In this document: piece after piece, positions 12,141-25,700 of the stretch
Layout of the letters: every line of letters begins with the position of its first letter
Position numbering within the stretch: the first letter of the stretch is position 1
Source: Elephas maximus
Taxonomy: Eukaryota
Assembly (NCBI RefSeq): GCF_024166365.1
Contig: NC_064841.1
Coordinates: 46,439,680 to 46,503,679 of the forward strand
Reading direction: 5' to 3'
DNA length: 64,000 bases
Translations under genes and position numbers: made by a program
Notes under the pieces: model-generated
Database searches by the model: none
The model's input: only the letters and a program-made list of their open reading frames with translations
Told to the model about the DNA's origin: nothing

Positions 12141-13309
12141 ACAATATTGCACAAGTAGGTACAGATCATATATTACAGAAATTAGCTTTTTGTTGGAGGT
12201 AAATGTTTTTTTACAGTTTTGTCATCCAAGTTTTGGCCTTGTTAACGATATCTTAAATTTTCATTGTGATAATTTTCAAGCATACATAAAATAGAGAGAA
12301 CAGTATAATAGTATAATGAAAGATAGTATTTTATGACATGTAGAAAGTTTCTGTTTTTATGTAGTTGATATTTTCTCTAGGATTTTTGGGTTTTGGTTCT
12401 ACTTATAAAGGCCATTCCTGCTCAAAGATTATTTTAGAAATTATTCTCACATTTTCATTTAGTACCTTTCTGGTTTCATTTTTAATATTTAAATCTTGGT
12501 TCTATCTAGAATTCACCTAAGTGTGAGGAGGAAGGTAAGAGTCAAACTTGTTTTCTCCAAGGACTACCAATTTATCCCACCACATAGTACTGAAGAAATT
12601 ATTTTTCTTCCACAGAGATGAAGCTACTTTTATCATATACTTAAATCCTTTATGCTTCTGCATTTATTTCTAGACTCTTTATTCTATTGACTTATGTATT
12701 TATGTAGCATCTCACTATTTTAATTAATATAGCTACACATTTTAATGTCTGGTTAATCCTCCCTCATTACTCTTCTTTTTCAGAATTATCTTGGTAATTT
12801 CAAATTTTTTTAAAGTATGTACTGTATTATTAGTGTTTTATTTCTTTTCAAAAATTGTGTTGGTACTATTATTGTGATAACACTAAATCTATAAATTAAT
12901 TTAAGAAAAGCGTCTTTTGGGTCCCTCAGTAGCAGTTTAAAGTCTTCTTCAGGCAGATCTTGCAAATTTCTTCTCAAGTTTCTTCTTCAGTATTTAACTA
13001 AGGATTTAAATTTAACCGTATTTTCCCCTGTCCCCTATGCCTTTAGTTTCAGCCTTAACATTAAGTGGTTATTCAAAGTAAGCAGAAAATTTGACTTGTG
13101 TTTTAAATAGATGTAATTCACAAGTTTTAGGCACTCTAATTTCTAGAATTTTCTCTTTTAAGTATTGGGCTATCCCTAGATTAGACACACATAAAAACCT
13201 AACCCAGTGCCATCGAGTAGACACACGTGGAAGCCATGAAATATAGTCACTTTTATTCATATTATACTGTCTTCAATAAGCAATTCATACCCATGCACTA
13301 CATTTTGAA

Positions 13310-14760
13310 ATTTGCTGCTGTTGTTGTTAGGTGCCATCATGTTGGTTTCAACCCATAGCAACCCCACATATAACGGAACGAAACACTGCCAAGTCCTGCG
13401 CTGTCCTGATAATCGTTGTTATGTTTGAGTCCATTTTTGAAGCCACTGTGTCAATCCATCTCATTGAGGGTCTTCCTCTTTTCGCTGACCCTGTACTTTA
13501 CCAAGCATGATGTCCTTCTCCAGGGATTGGTCCCTCTGATAACATGTCCAAAGTACATGAGATGCCCTCTGATAACATGTCCAAAGTACATGAGATGAAG
13601 TCTCGCCATCCTGGCTTCCAAGGAGCACTCTGGCTATACTTCCAAGGCGAACTTGTTCAGTCTTCTGGCAGTCCACAGTATATTCAACATTCCTTGCCAA
13701 CAACATAATTCAAAGGCATCAATTATTCTTCTGTCTTCCTTATTCACTGTCCATCTTTCACATACAAATGAGGCAACTGAAAATATCATGGCTTGGATCA
13801 GGGGCACCTTAGTCCTCAAAGTGACATCTTTGCTTTTTTAACCCTTCAAAGAGGTCTTTTGCAGCAGATTTACCCAATGCAATATGTTGTTTGATTTCTT
13901 GACTGCTGCTTCTATGAGTTTTGACTGTGGATCCAGGTATAATGAAATCCTTCACAACTTCAATCTTTTCTCCATTTATCATGATGTTGCTTATTAGTCC
14001 AGATGTGAGGATTTTTGTTTTCTTTATGTTGACATGTAATCCATGTAGTCTTTGATCTTCATCAGTAAGTGCTTCAAGTCGTCTTCCCTTTCAACATGCA
14101 AGGTTGTGTCATCTGCATATTGGAATGGGCACAAATATGCATCTCTTCCAGGCGGTTGGCCAGGTAGCTGTCTTCAAAATTTCTTAGCATAGATGAGTAA
14201 GCACCTCCAGCGCTGCATCTGTTTGTTGGAATATTTCAATTAATATTTTGTCAGTTCCTGGAGCCTTGTTTTTCACCAGTGCCTTCAGTGCAGCTTGGAC
14301 CACTTCCTTCAGTACCATAGGTTCTTGATCATATGCTATCTCCTGAAATGGCTGAATGTCAACCAATTTTCCTGGTACATTGTCTCTCTATATTCCTTCC
14401 ATCTGCTTTTGATACTTCCTGCGTCATTCAATATTTTGCTCATAATATTCTTGAAAATTGCAACTCGAGGCTTGAATTTTTCTTCAGTTCTTTCAGCTTG
14501 AGAAATGCCTTTTGATTTTCTAACTCCAGGTCTTTGCACATGTCCTTATAATATTTTACTTTGTCTTCTAGAGCTATCCTTTGAAATCTTCTGTTTGGCT
14601 CTTTTACTTCATGATTTCTTCCACTCATTACGTTTAAGAACAAGTTTCAGAGTCTCTTCTGACATTCATTTTCATCTTTTCTTTCTTTCCTGTCTTTTTA
14701 ATGACTTTTTGCTTTCTTCATGTATTATGTCCTTGAGGTCTTCCCACAACTGGTCTTTAG
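13310..14760 (-). mobile_element. BovB/RTE LINE 3' portion (about 1.45 kb: RT start KAPGTDKI... through ORF2 C-terminus and tail)
   Basis: Minus-strand ORFs ...AALKALVKNKAPGTDKILIEIFQQTD... and ...RRDQSLEKDIMLGKVQGQRKEEDP.... Collinear with the 8163-9140 copy. It contains a 29-bp tandem duplication at 13543-13600. Confidence 0.8.
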
Positions 14761-14959
14761 AAATAAATAATAATAAATCCATAATTTAAATTATATACCT
14801 AATTATAATGTTAAAGAGTATGATTTTCTTCAGACTGCATTAAGCTGGCTCATTTTAACTGAACAGACTCATACAGTATAAAAAATAATTACAAAGAAAG
14901 TAAAACACTTCATATTTGTGAAGCTAAAATATTGTAAAACAAAGATGGCATATTCTTAC

Positions 14960-15097
14960 CGGGATAGAATTCCTACAATGTTTCGTACAGGAGATCCATG
15001 CAATAAGGATTTCACGTTGCCAAGTTTGCTCAAAAATTCTGTGGTTTCATTCACTCTGCCAACTCTATATATCTGCAAGATGTCCACTGGACTTTTA
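14960..15097 (-). CDS. PARP4: PARP4 coding exon (catalytic domain N-terminal part)
   Basis: Acceptor ttttgcag|TAAAAGTCC, donor TATCCCG|gtaaga. Translation (S)KSPVDILQIYRVGRVNETTEFLSKLGNVKSLLHGSPVRNIVGILSR matches recalled human SKSPVDVLQIFRVGRVNETTEFLSKLGNVRPLLHGSPVQNIVGILCR. Confidence 0.85.
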
Positions 15098-16480
15098 CTG
15101 CAAAAATTAGGAAAAATACCAAAGGCTTGATTGAATTAGATGATATAATTGCTGGAGTACAGCTCCCCCTCCTCAGAGCTTGAAGACATAGTTTTTTTCT
15201 TCGTTCTGACTCCCTGAAGAAAACTAGGTCTCCCCCTCCTGATTCTACCTTCATTGTCACTAGACCTTTAATTTGTATTAGCTCTGATTCTCCCTTCATT
15301 GTCCCTAGACTCTTAATTTGTATTAGATCCCAGGAGATCCCCAGGGTGGAGAGTCAAAAGTAAAATCAAAAGACATCAAAAGAATTTTATAATATATAAA
15401 AGCAAAATCTGGAAAAAGACAGGGGGAATGTGTTTTGAGAACAACTGACCAACGAAGCCAAAAAAAATTTAGATAAGTCTGAATTAGTCCATGAGGGAGC
15501 AGTGGCTGGGTGTGGTTCTAGTGAGGTGCTAGAAAACCAGCTCTCCAAACAACAACATCCACAATCCTAACTTCTAGCATTTGCTGATTCCTGTGGTGCA
15601 TTTCAAGCTATGAATGGTTTAACAACAAGTTTGCAAAATTCCTGAAAATTTGACAATTGTTTTTCTCTGGCTAGTATGAGGCAGCTCCAATAAACCGCTG
15701 TTGGTTCCAAAGGGTGTGCAAGGTTGATGAAGGTTAAGCCCAGGCCAGTATAAAGAGAACTGAGATACCAGAAATGCCTGGGCTAAAGACTTCAGATGAG
15801 AACAGAGCTGTAGTAGAGTGAATGACCAAATCATTGAAAGTCAGTCCCGCCCTCTAGAAGAATCAATAAAATTAGTTTCTGAATCATGATGCTGGGTCTC
15901 CGCTCTGGGTCAAGGTTGTTCTACAGAGATGCTAGCATTAAACGAGGGCTTGTCTGACCAGATGAATCATCTGTTTGTTGTTATCGCTGCTGCCTAGAGT
16001 TAGAGAATGCACAAACACATGGATATGTATAGGAAATGAGGAGACGCATGAAAATGACATTTAAGGATGCCACATTTCATGACATGTTTTCCAACTTCAT
16101 ATATTCATGTTATACAACGGTCCTTGTAAAAGCTGCCACACACATACTCTTGCGTTTTTAAATCTTAATTTAAGTGGGTTTTCTTATTTAATACCCCTAA
16201 GAACATATAAGCTCAAACATCCTTTCATTTTAAAACTTTAAATTTAATTCTAAGCAAGATAGGGTAATCATGATGAGAGAGTGGAACAATAGTATCTTCA
16301 AGCATAAAAGACTGCCCAGGCCCTACTATAAATACAGAAGAAAGTAATTTGTCATCACAACATAATTGTCCTGTTACTAATGATTAACTGATCTAGGTAA
16401 TTGTGGTGAACCAGCTTTTTAACAGAATCTGAAATAGCATTACATAATAATAGATCATAAGATATTTCCTTTATGCTCAC

Positions 16481-16641
16481 CTGTGATTATTCTGTAATAT
16501 CACTTTCTTAACACTGAAAAATTCTTCTGTGTTCTGTTCAACATGCTCAATTTTGCATCTCAAAGCTCGGTATTTTGCAAGAGATGGTGGGTTGGGTTTG
16601 TACAAATTAGTTTCACAGACATTCACCATGTCTCTTATTAG
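16481..16641 (-). CDS. PARP4: PARP4 coding exon
   Basis: Acceptor tctatag|CTAATAAG, donor AATCACAG|gtgagc. Translation LIRDMVNVCETNLYKPNPPSLAKYRALRCKIEHVEQNTEEFFSVKKVILQNNH matches recalled human LIRDMVNVCETNLSKPNPPSLAKYRALRCKIEHVEQNTEEFLRVRKEVLQNHH. Confidence 0.85.
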
Positions 16642-16781
16642 CTATAGATGTAAATGATACCCTGATGTTAGAATCAACATGTACCAAAATTAATATTTAT
16701 ATCATATTAACACTTTATCAAAAAGTTTGTTAAAATAAGGGTTTTTCCCAAAGCTTTTGATCAAGATCTCCTTGTACTGTT

Positions 16782-16950
16782 CAAAAAAAAACCAAACCCG
16801 TTGCCCTTGAGTCGATTCCAACTCACAGCAGCCCTACAGGTCAGAGCAGAACTCCCCATAGAGTTTCCAAGGAGTGCTTGGTAGATATGAACTGCCAACC
16901 TTTTAGTTAGCAGCCATAGCACTTTACCATTATGCCACCAGGGTTTTCCT
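16782..16950 (-). mobile_element. AfroSINE copy with A-rich flank
   Basis: Same consensus as the other AfroSINE copies: GGTGGCATAATGGTAAAGTGCTATGGCTGCTAACTAAAAGGTTGGCAGTTCATATCTACCAAGCACTCCTTGGAAACTCTATGGGGAGTTCTGCTCTGACC in minus-strand reading. Confidence 0.8.
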
Positions 16951-17439
16951 TGTACTGTAAGTGGCATATTAAAGCTAATATAGTTCCTTACGGCACAATA
17001 TACAATAATAGATTACGTTAGTATAACACATTGGTGTTAATAAAGTGTTTTCAAATACATCATTTCATTCAATCCTCACTTAGTGAGCTCTAAGAAGTTA
17101 AATCAATTACTCGAGATCTGACAGCTAATAGGAGACAGAGACTAAACTGGAATTCACATCACCAGGCTTCAAGTACAATTTTGCTTAACAAAAATTTATT
17201 AAGCATATTCTGTATGCCAGACATTATATTTGGTTTGAAAGATACAAAGATAAGTAAGACGTGGGTACCTACCCTGCAAGGCACCCAAGTACACAGTGTA
17301 GTCATAGGTCATGGAGCTTGGAGGAAGGAACACCATTTCAGGAAAACGTGAATTATGTTTATTCTAGGGATTTGTTGCTTTCAACATCTTTGAGTGTAAG
17401 AGACACTGAAGGAGGGCACTAGCCACTCTCCTTGCAGGG

Positions 17440-17990
17440 TTGAAAGTGCTATGTGCTTTTCTGACCTTGGAGCGGTGTCATGGATTGAACTGTGTCCCCC
17501 AAAATATGTGTATCAATTTGGCTAGGCCATGATTTCCAATGTTGTATGATTGTCCACCATTTTATCATCTGATGTGATTTTCCTATATGTTGTAAATCCT
17601 ATCACTATGATGTTAATGAGATGGATTAGTGGCAGTTATATTGATGAGATCTATAGGATAAGATAGTGTTTTAAGCCAATCTCTTTTGAGATATAGAAGA
17701 GAGAAGCAAGCAGAGAGACAGTGGGATCTCATACCACCAAGAAAGCAGCGCCGGGAGCAGTGCACATCCTTTGGGGTTCCTGCATAAAGAAGCTTCTACT
17801 CCACTGGAAGATTGATGAGAAGGACCTTCCTCCAAAGCCAACAGAGAGAGAAAGCCTTCCCCTGGAGCTGATGCCCTGAGTTTGGACTTCTAGCCTACTA
17901 GCCTGTGAGAAATTAAATTTCTCTTTGTTAAAGCAGTCCACTTGTGGTATTTCTGTTACAGCAGCACTAGATGACTAAGACAAGTGGGGA
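17440..17990. repeat. Ancient interspersed repeat, unclassified (possibly LTR-like with TG...CA-like termini)
   Basis: I recognise it as a widely dispersed mammalian repeat (GGATTGAACTGTGTCCCCCAAAATATGTGTATCAATTTGGCTAGGCCATGATT ... TTGTTAAAGCAGTCCACTTGTGGTATTTCTGTTACAGCAGCACTAGATGACTAAGACA). I cannot assign the family from memory. Confidence 0.4.
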
Positions 17991-19924
17991 TGACCTTTCT
18001 AATTACAACTCAAAACCCACCAGCCATAAAGTAAAAGATTGATGCATGTTACTGTATTAAAGTAAAAAGTGTCTGTTACGGTAGAAACAAAACAAGCCAC
18101 CCAACAATGAAAACAAACAAACAAAAAATCACCATAAGTAAAGTGAAAAGACAAATAACTGGGGAGAGGGGGAATACTTGAAACTTACATCACAGACTAA
18201 ACTCCTTAACATATAAAGAGTTCTTAATATCATTACAAAAACAATATCAAAACCTAAAAGAAAAGTAGGCAAAGGACGTGACATAGTGTTCACAGAAAAA
18301 GAAACATAAATGGTCCATAAACATTTGGAAAGATGTGCAGCCTCACGACACTGAGAGACCGTTTCTCATCCACATAACTGGCAAAAGTCTAAAAGATTGA
18401 CAAATATGCTACTGGCAAAACTAAAGGAAATAACTTTCATTCATCAAGAGTTGGAAGGCAAAAAGGTACAACCCTGATAAATAAATCGGACAATATCTAA
18501 CAAATTTACAGATGCATTTATCCTGTAAGCCAGCACTTCCACTTCTAGAAGGGACCTTATTCCAGAGGTACCCCTGTACAAGTATAAAATGATAAATACA
18601 AAGGGTTATTCACTGTAGCATTGCTTGTAGTAGCAAAATCTGGAAACCCAAATGTCTGTCAATACGGAACATCCACACATTATGGCACAGCCCCACTGTG
18701 GGATACCAGAATGAGGATGACCTCTATGTACAGGATATATTAAGGGAAGAAAGGAAGGTGCAGAATAGCAAGAGGGAAGAAATATAAATATATGTTTATA
18801 TTCATATTTATATGCATAAAGCAACACTGCAAAGACAAACTAATAAAAATGGTCACCTATTGCATTTGGGGAACGGGCTGAGGTAGAGGGAACAGAATAG
18901 AATTCAAACTTCTACAAGTACATTGTTTTAATATAATTTTTAGTTTTAAATCATGCAGATGTATTAAAAACCCAGTGCCGGCGAGTTGCCTACTCAAAAT
19001 ACAAGAAGTACTTATATGAGCACTATACGTATTCTCTCAGTAAACAAAACTAGTGACTGTGGCTCTTCATATTGGATATTAGGCAAATGTGGACACTGGA
19101 ACATAATAATTACAGAATTTTAAATTTGGAACGGACTGCTATCATCTCATTTACTGGTTTATCTCATTTACTGGTTCTTAACTTTTTTTGGATTCTAGAC
19201 TCTTTTGGGAATCCAATGAAAGCAATGACTTCCCCCAAACATGCAAAATTTTACATCTACAAACTCCTCTGAAGTCTAGGTTAAGGACTAATAATCTGCC
19301 CCAATCCCTTCATGCAACTCAGATTCACAGAGTAACTTCAGCCTCGTCTATGGCAGTGGTGGACACTATGGCTGCCTAACCCAGCATCCACCTTCCCTTC
19401 ATCTTTGCTAACTAGATCCTTAGTCTGTTTTGGCATCCATTCTTCCCGACACAACTCAGGGAAAGATGGCCATTTCTGAGTCAATCATGTTACTCCATTT
19501 TCCTTGCCAGCAATTGGCTTAGGATGGGCACATGATTCATTTCTGAACAAAGGAGTAAGAGTCTGCTTGGGGGGGCTTCCTGTAAGAGGCACAAAAAGAA
19601 GTGTTCCATATGCGATGCTATGAATTGCTGCAGCACAAGATGATCATGCAGAAAGCCAGGCTGAGAGTGACGCTGTCACTTACAATGGAAGAATGCAGAG
19701 ATGGAAAGAAGCTGGGATATTGATGGTAACACTGAGTCTATACCAGTAGCTACCCTACAACCGTACTTCTTATTACATAGGATAATAAAGCTCCTTATTG
19801 TCTAAGTCACATAGTTGTGGTTTTCAGATTCTTTTACCGAAAGAATCCTAACTCATCTCATTATCTATAAAATTATTTTACAATGTAGCAACTCTAAACA
19901 AATGTCTACATTTGTACTACTATG

Positions 19925-20235
19925 CCGACATATGTCTTGGAAGAAGTACTGCCAGAATGCTCCTTAGAAGCAAGGATGGCAAAACTTTGTCTCACATACT
20001 TTGGATATATTATCAGGAGGGACCAGTCCCTGGAGAAGGACATTATGCTTAGTAGAAAAGAAGGACATCGAAAAAGAGGAAGACCCTCCATGAGATGGCT
20101 GACACTGTGGCTGCAACAATGGTCCCAAGCATAACGATTGTGAGGATGGCACGGGACCAGATAGTGTTTCACTCTGTTGTACACGGAGTTGCTATGAGTT
20201 GGAACTGACTCAATGACACCCAACACCAAAATGCT
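19925..20235 (+). mobile_element. BovB/RTE LINE 3'-end fragment
   Basis: Plus-strand ORF ...CLTYFGYIIRRDQSLEKDIMLSRKEGHRKRGRPSMRWL... followed by the tail GTTGCTATGAGTTGGAACTGACTCAATGACACCCAACA. Confidence 0.7.
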
Positions 20236-20422
20236 GACATATTCATGTTTGGAATACGGCTTAGAGAACTTCTCCAAGGACCCAAAGCATTCTAAAATGG
20301 TTTGATAATTTGTTTTTGCACGTAACTCTAAGGACAACTTCTGTGATTCAGTGTTACCTTTATTCATCAGATTAAGACTCCTGAAAATACTTTAAATTGA
20401 ATTATACATTTAAGAAATTTAC

Positions 20423-20597
20423 CTGGCAGAGTTCCTCTTTCTTAGATAATAGTGTTAGGTTAACTTCTTCAGTTGTTGTACCTTTGTGAGGTATTAATCT
20501 GTAGAATTCAGTCATCATCTTTTGCAATTGTTCTGCTGTTTCTCCATTTTTCAGTGCTGTCTTTACTAGAAGGAGAATGCCCTCTGCCTTGCTCACC
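20423..20597 (-). CDS. PARP4: PARP4 coding exon
   Basis: Acceptor tatatttaaag|GTGAGCAAG, donor CTCTGCCAG|gtaaat. Translation VSKAEGILLLVKTALKNGETAEQLQKMMTEFYRLIPHKGTTTEEVNLTLLSKKEELCQ matches recalled human VSKAEGILLLVKAALKNGETAEQLQKMMTEFYRLIPHKGTMPKEVNLGLLAKKADLCQ. Confidence 0.85.
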
Positions 20598-20638
20598 TTT
20601 AAATATAAGATGATATACAATAATTAAAATTAGAGAAA

Positions 20639-21253
20639 CTTGCGGCCAAGATGGCGGACTAGGTGGATGCTACCGAGGATCCCTCTTGCAACAAAGACTC
20701 GGAAAAACAAGTGAATCGATCACATACATAACAATCTACGAACTCTGAACAACAAACACAGACTTAGAGGTGGGGAACAACAAATACAGGCAGACAGCGA
20801 TCATTTTCAGAACCAGGAGCCAGCGTACCAGGCAGGTGACCTTCGGAGCCCGATTTGGGGCAGAGCCCAGGGGGGCAGACGGCACAGACAAGGGGCCCAG
20901 CCCTAGCCCCCGAACTCATCCCGGGAGGGAGCCTAGCCGGTTGGCGTGGGCGGCGTAGCAGCACAGCTGGTGGGAGAAGTCCCCGGGAGACAGTGACGGA
21001 TCTTGGACCGGGGAGAGCAGCGTCCCAGCCAGGGAGCCGTCCCACTGGGATTTTGGCGGGTGCGGGCGGAGCATGAACGCGGGGATCAGCTCTATATTCT
21101 GAGGTGCTACACTCCTAGTTCTCTGATCCCTCCCCCACCCTCCCCAGGCGGCTCCATTAATATCCGAATACCCTGAGCCAGAGGGAGAATTCAGATAGGG
21201 ATCTGACTGCATTTTTTTTTAGCTGATTACCTGGAAAAACTAGTTTCCCAGTA
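20639..21253 (+). promoter_or_regulatory. L1 5'UTR / internal promoter region of element A (CpG-rich, 20760-21100)
   Basis: GC- and CpG-dense block directly upstream of ORF1, homologous to the 5'UTR of element B at 33462-35224. Inferred from the architecture of L1 families. Confidence 0.5.
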
Positions 21254-22753
21254 ATGGCTTGGAGACAGCAGTCCATATCAAACCACATAAAGAAACAGAC
21301 CATGACAGCTTCTCCAACCCCCCCAAACAAAAGAATCAAAATCTTTCCCAAATGAAGATACAATTCTGGAATTATCAGATACAGAATATAAAAAACTAAT
21401 TTACAGAATGCTTAAAGATATCACAAATGAAATTAGGCTAATTGCAGAAAAAGCCAAGGAACACACTGATAAAACTGTTGAAGAACTCAAAAAGATTATT
21501 CAAGAATATAGTGGAAAAATTCATAAGTTGCAAGAATCCATACAGAGACAGCATTCAGAAATCCAAAAGATTAACAATAAAATTACAGAATTAGACAACG
21601 CAATAGGAAGTCAGAGGAGCAGACTCGAGCAATTAGAATGTAGACTGGGACATCTGGAGGACCAGAGAATCAACACCAACAAAGCTGAAAAAAAAATCAG
21701 ATAAAAGAATTAAAAAAAATGAAGAAACCCTAAGAATCATGTGGGACTCTATCAAGAAGGATAACTTGCGAGTGATTGGAGTCCCAGAACAGGGAGGGGG
21801 GACAGAAAACACAGAGAAAATAGTTGAAGAACTCCTGACAGAAAACTTCCCTGACATCATGAAACACGAAAGGATATCTATCCAAGATGCTCATCGAACC
21901 CCATTTAAGACTAATCCAAAAAGAAAAACACCAAGACATATTATCATCAAACTTGCCAAAACCAAAGATAAACAGAAAACTTTAAAAGCAGCCAGGGAGA
22001 AAAGAAAGGTTTCCTTCAAGGGAGAATCAATAAGAATAAGTTCAGACTACTCAGCAGAAACCATGCAGGCAAAAAGGGAATGGGACAACGTAAACAGAGC
22101 ACTGAAGCAGAAAAACTGCCAGCCAAGGATCATATATCCAGCAAAACTCTCTCTGAAATATGAAGGAGAAATTAAGATATTTACAGATAAACACAAGTTT
22201 AGAGAATTTGCAAAAACTAAACCAAGACTGCAAGAAATGCTAAAGGAGATTGTTTGCACTGATGACCAATAATATCAGGTACCAGCACAATACAAGGTCA
22301 CAAAACAGAACGTCCTGATATCAACGCAACTCAAATAGGGAAAGCACAAAAACAAACAAATTGAGATTAATTCTAAAAAATAAATAAATAAACAAAATGA
22401 TACACATAACAGGGAATCATGGAAATCAATAGATAAACGATCACAATAATCAAAAAGAGGGACTAAATATAGGAGGCATTGAACTGCCAGACGGAGAGTG
22501 ATACAATGCGATATAGAACGATACAAGTTAGGTTTTTACTTAGAAAAATAGGGGTAAATAATAAGGTAACCACAAAAAGGAATATCAACTCCATAACTCA
22601 AGAAAAAAGCCCAGAAAAACGTAACGACTCAACTAACATAAAGTTAAACATTATGAAAATGAGGATCTCACAATCTACTAAGAAAAACGTCTCAGCACAA
22701 AAAAGTATGTGGAAAAATGAAATGGCCAACAACACACATGAAAAAGCATCAAA

Positions 22754-25700
22754 ATGACAGCACTAAAAACTTGTTTATCTATAATTACGCTGAATGTAAA
22801 TGGACTAAATGCACCAATAAAGAGACAGACAGTCACGGACTGGATAAAGAAACACGATCCATCTATATGCTGCCTACAAGAGACACACCTTAGACTTAGA
22901 GACACAAGCAAACTAAAACCCAAAGGATGCAAAAAAATATATCAAGCAAACAAAAAGCAAAAAAGAAGAGGAGTAGCAATATTAATTTCTCACAAAACAG
23001 ACTTTAGACTTAAATCCATCACAAAAGGATAAAGAAGGACACTATATAATGATAAAAGGGACAATTGATCAGGAAGATATAACCATATTAAATATTTATG
23101 CACCCAATGACAGGGCTGCAAGATACATAAATCAAATTTTAACAGAATTGAAAAGTGAGATAGACACCTCCACAGTTATACTAGGAGACTTCAACACACC
23201 ACTTTCGGAGAAGGACAGGACATCCAGTAAGAAGCTCAATAGAGACATGGAAGACCTAATTACAACAATCAACCAACTTGACCTCATAGACTTATACAGA
23301 ACTCTCCACCCAACTGCTGCAAAATATACTTTTTTTTCTAGTGCACATGGAACATTCTCTAGAATAGACCACATATTAGGTCAAAAAACAAATCTTTGCA
23401 GAATCCAAAACATCGAAATATTACAAAGCATCTTCTCAGACCACAAGGCAATGAAACTACAAATCAATAACAGAAAAACTAGGGAAAAGAAATCAAATAC
23501 TTGGAAGATGAACAATACCCTCCTGAAAAAAGACTGGGTTATAGAAGACATCAAGGAGGGAATAAGGAAATTCTTAGAAAGCAACGAGAATGAAAATACT
23601 TCCTATCAAAACCTCTGGGACACAGCAAAAGCAGTGCTCAGGGGCCAATTTATATCGATAAATGCACACATACAAAAAGAAGAAAGAGACAAAATCAGAG
23701 AACTGTCCCTACAACTTGAACAAATAGAAAGTGAGCAACAAAAGAATCCATCAGGCACCAGAAGAAAACAAATAATAAAAATTAGAGCTGAACTAAATGA
23801 ATTAGAGAACAGAAAAACGATTGAAAGAATTAACAAAGCCAAAAGCTGGTTCTTTGAAAAAATTAACAAAATTGATAAACCATTGGCCAGACTGACTAAA
23901 GAAATTCAGGAAAGGAAACAAATAACCCGAATAAGAAACGAGAAGGGCCACATCACAACAGACCCAACTGAAATTAAAAGAATCATTTCAGATTACTACG
24001 AAAAATTGTACTCTAACAAATTTGAAAACCTAGAAGAAATGGATAAATTCTTAGAAAAATACTACCTACCTAAACTAACACATTCAGAAGTAGAACAACT
24101 AAATAGACCCATAACAAAAAAAGAGATTGAAATGGTAATCAAAAAACTTCCAACAAAAAAAAGTCCTGGCCCGGACGGCTTCACTGCAGAGTTCTACCAA
24201 ACCTTCAGAGAAGACTTAACACCACTACTACTGAAGGTATTTCAAAGCATAGAAAAAGACGGAATAGTACCCAACTCATTCTATGAAGCTACCATCTCCC
24301 TGATACCAAAACCAGGTAAAGACATCACAAAAAAAGAAAATTACACACCTACATCCCTCATGAACATAGATGCAAAAATCCTCAACAAAATTCTAGCCAA
24401 TAGAATCCAACAACACATCAAAAAAATAATTCACCCTGATCAAGTGGGATTTATACCAGGTATGCAAGGCTGGTTTAATATTAGAAAAACCATTAATGTA
24501 ATCCATCACATAAATAAAACAAAAGATAAAAACCACATGATCTTATCAATAGATGCAGAAAAGGCATTTGACAAAGTTCAACACCCATTTATGATAAAAA
24601 CTCTTACCAAAATAGGAATTGAAGGAAAATTCCTCAACATAATAAAGGGCATCTATGCAAAGCCAACAGCCAATATCACTCTAAATGGAGAGAACCTGAA
24701 AGCATTTCCCTTGAGAACGGGAACCAGACAAGGATGCCCTTTATCACTGCTCTTCTTCAACATCGTACTTGAAGTCCCAGCCAGGGCAATTAGGCTAGAC
24801 AAAGAAATAAAGGGTATCCAGATTGGCAAGGAGGAAGTAAAGCTATCACTATTTGCAGATGACATGATCGTATACACGGAAAACCCTAAGGAGTCCTCCA
24901 GAAAACTACTGAAACTAATAGAAGAGTTTGGCAGAGTCTCAGGTTATAAAATAAACATACAAAAATCACTTGGATTCCTCTACATCAACAAAAAGAACAC
25001 TGAAGAGGAAATAACCAAATGAATACCATTCACAGTAGCCCCCAAGAAGATAAAATACTTAGGAATAAATCTTACCAAGGATGTAAAAGACCTATACAAA
25101 GAAAACTACAAAGCTCTGTTACAAGAAATTCAAAAGGACATACTTAAGTGGAAAAACATACCCTGCTCATGGATAGGAAGACTTAACATAGTAAAAATGT
25201 CTATTCTACCAAAAGCCATCTATACATATAACGCACTTCCAATCCAAATTCCAATGTCATATTTTAAGGGGATACAGAAACAAATCACCAGTTTCATATG
25301 GAAGGGAAAGAACCCCCGGATAAGTAAAGCATTATTGAAAAAGAAGAAGAAAGTGGGAGGCCTCACTCTACCTGATTTCAGAACCTATTATACACCTACA
25401 GTAGTCAAAACAGCCTGGTACTGGTACAACAACAGGCACATAGACCAATGGAACAGAATTGAGAACCCAGATATAAATCCATCCACGTATGAGCAGCTGA
25501 TATTTGACAAAGGACCAGTGTCAGTCAATTGTGGAAATGATAGTCTTTTTAACAAATGGTGCTGGCATAACTGGATATCCATTTGCAAAAGAATGAAATA
25601 GGACCCATACCTCACACCATGCACAAAAACTAACTCCAAGTGGATCAAAGACCTAAACATAAAGACTCAAACGATAAAGATCATGGAAGAAAAAATAGGG

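Noticed and set aside
19906-20367. 153-aa minus-strand ORF next to a real PARP4 exon
   Set aside because: It overlaps the antisense strand of a BovB 3' fragment and unique intron and has no similarity to PARP4. The real exon is the adjacent 20597-20423 segment with proper splice sites.
20760-21100. CpG-island-like GC-rich blocks (also 33640-34200) that could be taken for a host-gene promoter
   Set aside because: They are internal to L1 5'UTRs, homologous between elements A and B, and sit directly upstream of L1 ORF1.
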